From Patescibacteria group bacterium (lineage in GTDB: Bacteria; Patescibacteriota; CPR2; UBA1875; JAMCYV01): a stretch of DNA of 48,748 bases. The notes under the pieces are model-generated. The model did not search any database. It was not told where the DNA came from and was given only the letters and a program-made list of their open reading frames with translations. Below are positions 46,857 to 48,748 of the stretch, in pieces (the stretch's first letter is position 1; each line of letters opens with the position of its first letter). The stretch covers positions 1-48,748 of the forward strand of contig JAMCYV010000022.1 of assembly GCA_023473595.1 (NCBI GenBank). The letters run 5' to 3'. The position numbers were made by a program, and so were the translations under genes.

Positions 46857-47150
46857 TTGAACAAAAAGAAGAGAGCTCAAGGGATTAAAAAGTATGCCCA
46901 GAAGGGAGGAAAAAGAACCTTTGAAAAATACGGACGAGATCATTTCGTCGAAATGGGTCGAAAGGGCGGAGCCAAAGTTCAAGAATATGTTCGTTTAGGC
47001 AAGAAGCAGCTAGAGGAAGAAGAAACAAGGGTAAAAAAGGAGAGTCCTCTTCCTAAAATCGCTATACATATTGAGAGAAAGAAAATGGACAAAATAAAAG
47101 AAAAGGAAGAAAAAAGGCCCGATACCCACAAAGCGCACAAGTCCCCTTAA
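46857..47150 (+). CDS. KGG-motif general stress protein (GsiB/Em-like)
   Basis: AQKGGKRTFEKYGRDHFVEMGRKGG; TTG start. Confidence 0.7.
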   Translation: MNKKKRAQGIKKYAQKGGKRTFEKYGRDHFVEMGRKGGAKVQEYVRLGKKQLEEEETRVKKESPLPKIAIHIERKKMDKIKEKEEKRPDTHKAHKSP

Positions 47151-47220
47151 GAATAACTTAAGGGGACAAATCTTTGAATAATATTCAATTAATCCATCTA
47201 CCGGTTTACAAATTAACTGA

Positions 47221-48141
47221 TTAGCTATTGTAAAACTTGGCGGAATCTTCAGGGAAGACCGGATTTATAACCATCCCGGTTCCAAGTTCAAGCCCTGCCC
47301 AGATATTTATCCTAGGCTCGACTTTTAATCTGAAATGATGGCTTTCTAGGTCCAAAGAATTATCGAAAAAGTAATTATATGAGATTCCGGCATCGTCCAG
47401 TTTTCCGGTTATTTTTTTAAGAGCCTTGGCTAAAGATTCTAGCTCTTCCCCATGGAAATCATCAATTGTCCTTTGATGCTTCAAGGGCATAATCCAGACG
47501 CCAAAAGCATTCGAAGAAGCGTAAGGGCAGATACCAATGACGTTGTCGTCTAAGTAAGCGACTCTGGGCGAATGCCTTTCCTTTCTTATAATATCGCAAT
47601 GGGGGCAGGTGCCTTTGTTTAGGAAATACTCATCGACGGCATCAGATTCCCTCACAATTTTCGGTGGGATCAAAGGGAGAGCAATGATTTGGGAATGGGC
47701 ATGGGCGACTGTAGCGCCGGCTTTACCGCCGTCATTCTTAAAAACAAGGACATGTCTGACCCCTTTCAGCTTCTTAAGCTCTTTGATCCTTTGGTCATAA
47801 ACCCTAAGGATTCGCATTATGTCTTCCAAAGGCAAATCAGAAAGTTCCTTATTGTGTTCAGGCGTTTCGATTATAACCTCTTGTTTGCCGAAAGCTTTGG
47901 GGTTATCCGGTGTTAGGGCCGGAAACTTATTTTCAATAATAGCGATCCCAGGGTATTTTTTATTGTCGAAATCCTGAATTATCTTCTGATCTTTTAGATT
48001 CTTGGGGCAGAAGTAACATTCGTTTATATCCAATTCCTCCTTTTGGTCCTCGTGAATATTATGAAGCCTCAAATTCCTTTTAGGAGCAAAGATAACATAA
48101 GAGTCTAAAAAATAATGTTTTCTAATTTCCGCTTTTTTCAT
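47221..48141 (-). CDS. galT: Galactose-1-phosphate uridylyltransferase-like (GalT/HIT)
   Basis: CYFCP, NKFPAL, QEVIIETPEH, GATVAHAHSQ, CPHC. Confidence 0.85.
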   Translation of the reverse strand: MKKAEIRKHYFLDSYVIFAPKRNLRLHNIHEDQKEELDINECYFCPKNLKDQKIIQDFDNKKYPGIAIIENKFPALTPDNPKAFGKQEVIIETPEHNKELSDLPLEDIMRILRVYDQRIKELKKLKGVRHVLVFKNDGGKAGATVAHAHSQIIALPLIPPKIVRESDAVDEYFLNKGTCPHCDIIRKERHSPRVAYLDDNVIGICPYASSNAFGVWIMPLKHQRTIDDFHGEELESLAKALKKITGKLDDAGISYNYFFDNSLDLESHHFRLKVEPRINIWAGLELGTGMVINPVFPEDSAKFYNS

Positions 48142-48251
48142 AACCCTATTTTAACTTAAAAATTAAAAAACTGAAAGCTGGTTAATATCATAATGTATGG
48201 AATTGCATAAAGATTTAATATGGAAACATTCATTTTGGCAGGCAACTTTAC

Positions 48252-48665
48252 ATGGGGGATGAGATGGCCACTGAAAGAGGGAACGGGCCGAGGGATCCGG
48301 AAGCTATTTATAGAAGAGCTTTTAGTGAGATTTCGGCAAGATGGAAAAAGGAAACATTCTTAAAAAGAAAGGCTGCAGCGAACTTTGTTGTCTATAAGAT
48401 AACGGGTCTTTCGCCTTATACGCTGGGTCTAGGCGGACCTTCGGTTCGCGAGCATGTAGCGAAATGCGTATCAAAAACGGCAGTAGGTAGAACTTACCGC
48501 GAAGCCATGATCGAAGTGCGAAATTTCGCATGGGTCTTTTTCGGACCGATTACAGATGCCCATGTCGAATGTTTTCTGGCACATGTTTGCCATGATAACG
48601 ATCCAGAAGACATTCATGCTCTCCATACTCTTATTGATCAGAGAAAACGAAGGGAGGCGTCATAA
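48252..48665 (+). CDS. Hypothetical protein
   Basis: 137-aa ORF abutting the next gene; start uncertain. Confidence 0.5.
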   Translation: MGDEMATERGNGPRDPEAIYRRAFSEISARWKKETFLKRKAAANFVVYKITGLSPYTLGLGGPSVREHVAKCVSKTAVGRTYREAMIEVRNFAWVFFGPITDAHVECFLAHVCHDNDPEDIHALHTLIDQRKRREAS

Positions 48666-48748
48666 TTGCCCGAAAGAAAGAAAAAAGGCAAGATGACCGT
48701 TAGAGAGGCTGGAAGTAAAGGAGGGGGAAGGGTTCGGGAGCTTATCGA
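48666..48748 (+). CDS. Partial KGG-motif stress protein (runs off window)
   Basis: GGGAGG SD, TTG start, MPERKKKGKMTVREAGSKGGGRVRELI; not in the ORF track. Confidence 0.7.
   Translation, partial: MPERKKKGKMTVREAGSKGGGRVRELI

Overview
48.7 kb of an AT-rich bacterial chromosome. The gene content and style (short TGS-less ThrS, archease+RtcB, orphan HisKA kinases, many Nudix genes, palindromic TGTCAT...ATGACA repeats) suggest a Patescibacteria/CPR organism; this is inference. Housekeeping genes are cca, rtcB, miaB, thrS, lon, gap, pgk, a galT-like gene and three tRNAs (Leu-CAG, Val-GAC, Glu-TTC). Main observations: (1) a translationally coupled NMP kinase + radical SAM + dCTP deaminase block under an NrtR regulator with two GT-N7-AC operator candidates; (2) an isoprenoid block (archaeal-type GGPP synthase, Idi, a DXS lacking its NDN ThDP/Mg motif) followed by a UbiA prenyltransferase coupled to a multi-TM sensor kinase; (3) an orphan family-5 solute-binding protein paired with a sensor kinase; (4) nested palindromic repeats, two clusters of them translated in frame inside miaB; (5) a compact 6S-like RNA; (6) a -10 box exactly 6 nt before many start codons, pointing to leaderless mRNAs; (7) an att scar at tRNA-Glu. 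No CRISPR array or rRNA was seen. All calls come from reading motifs by eye; no searches were run.
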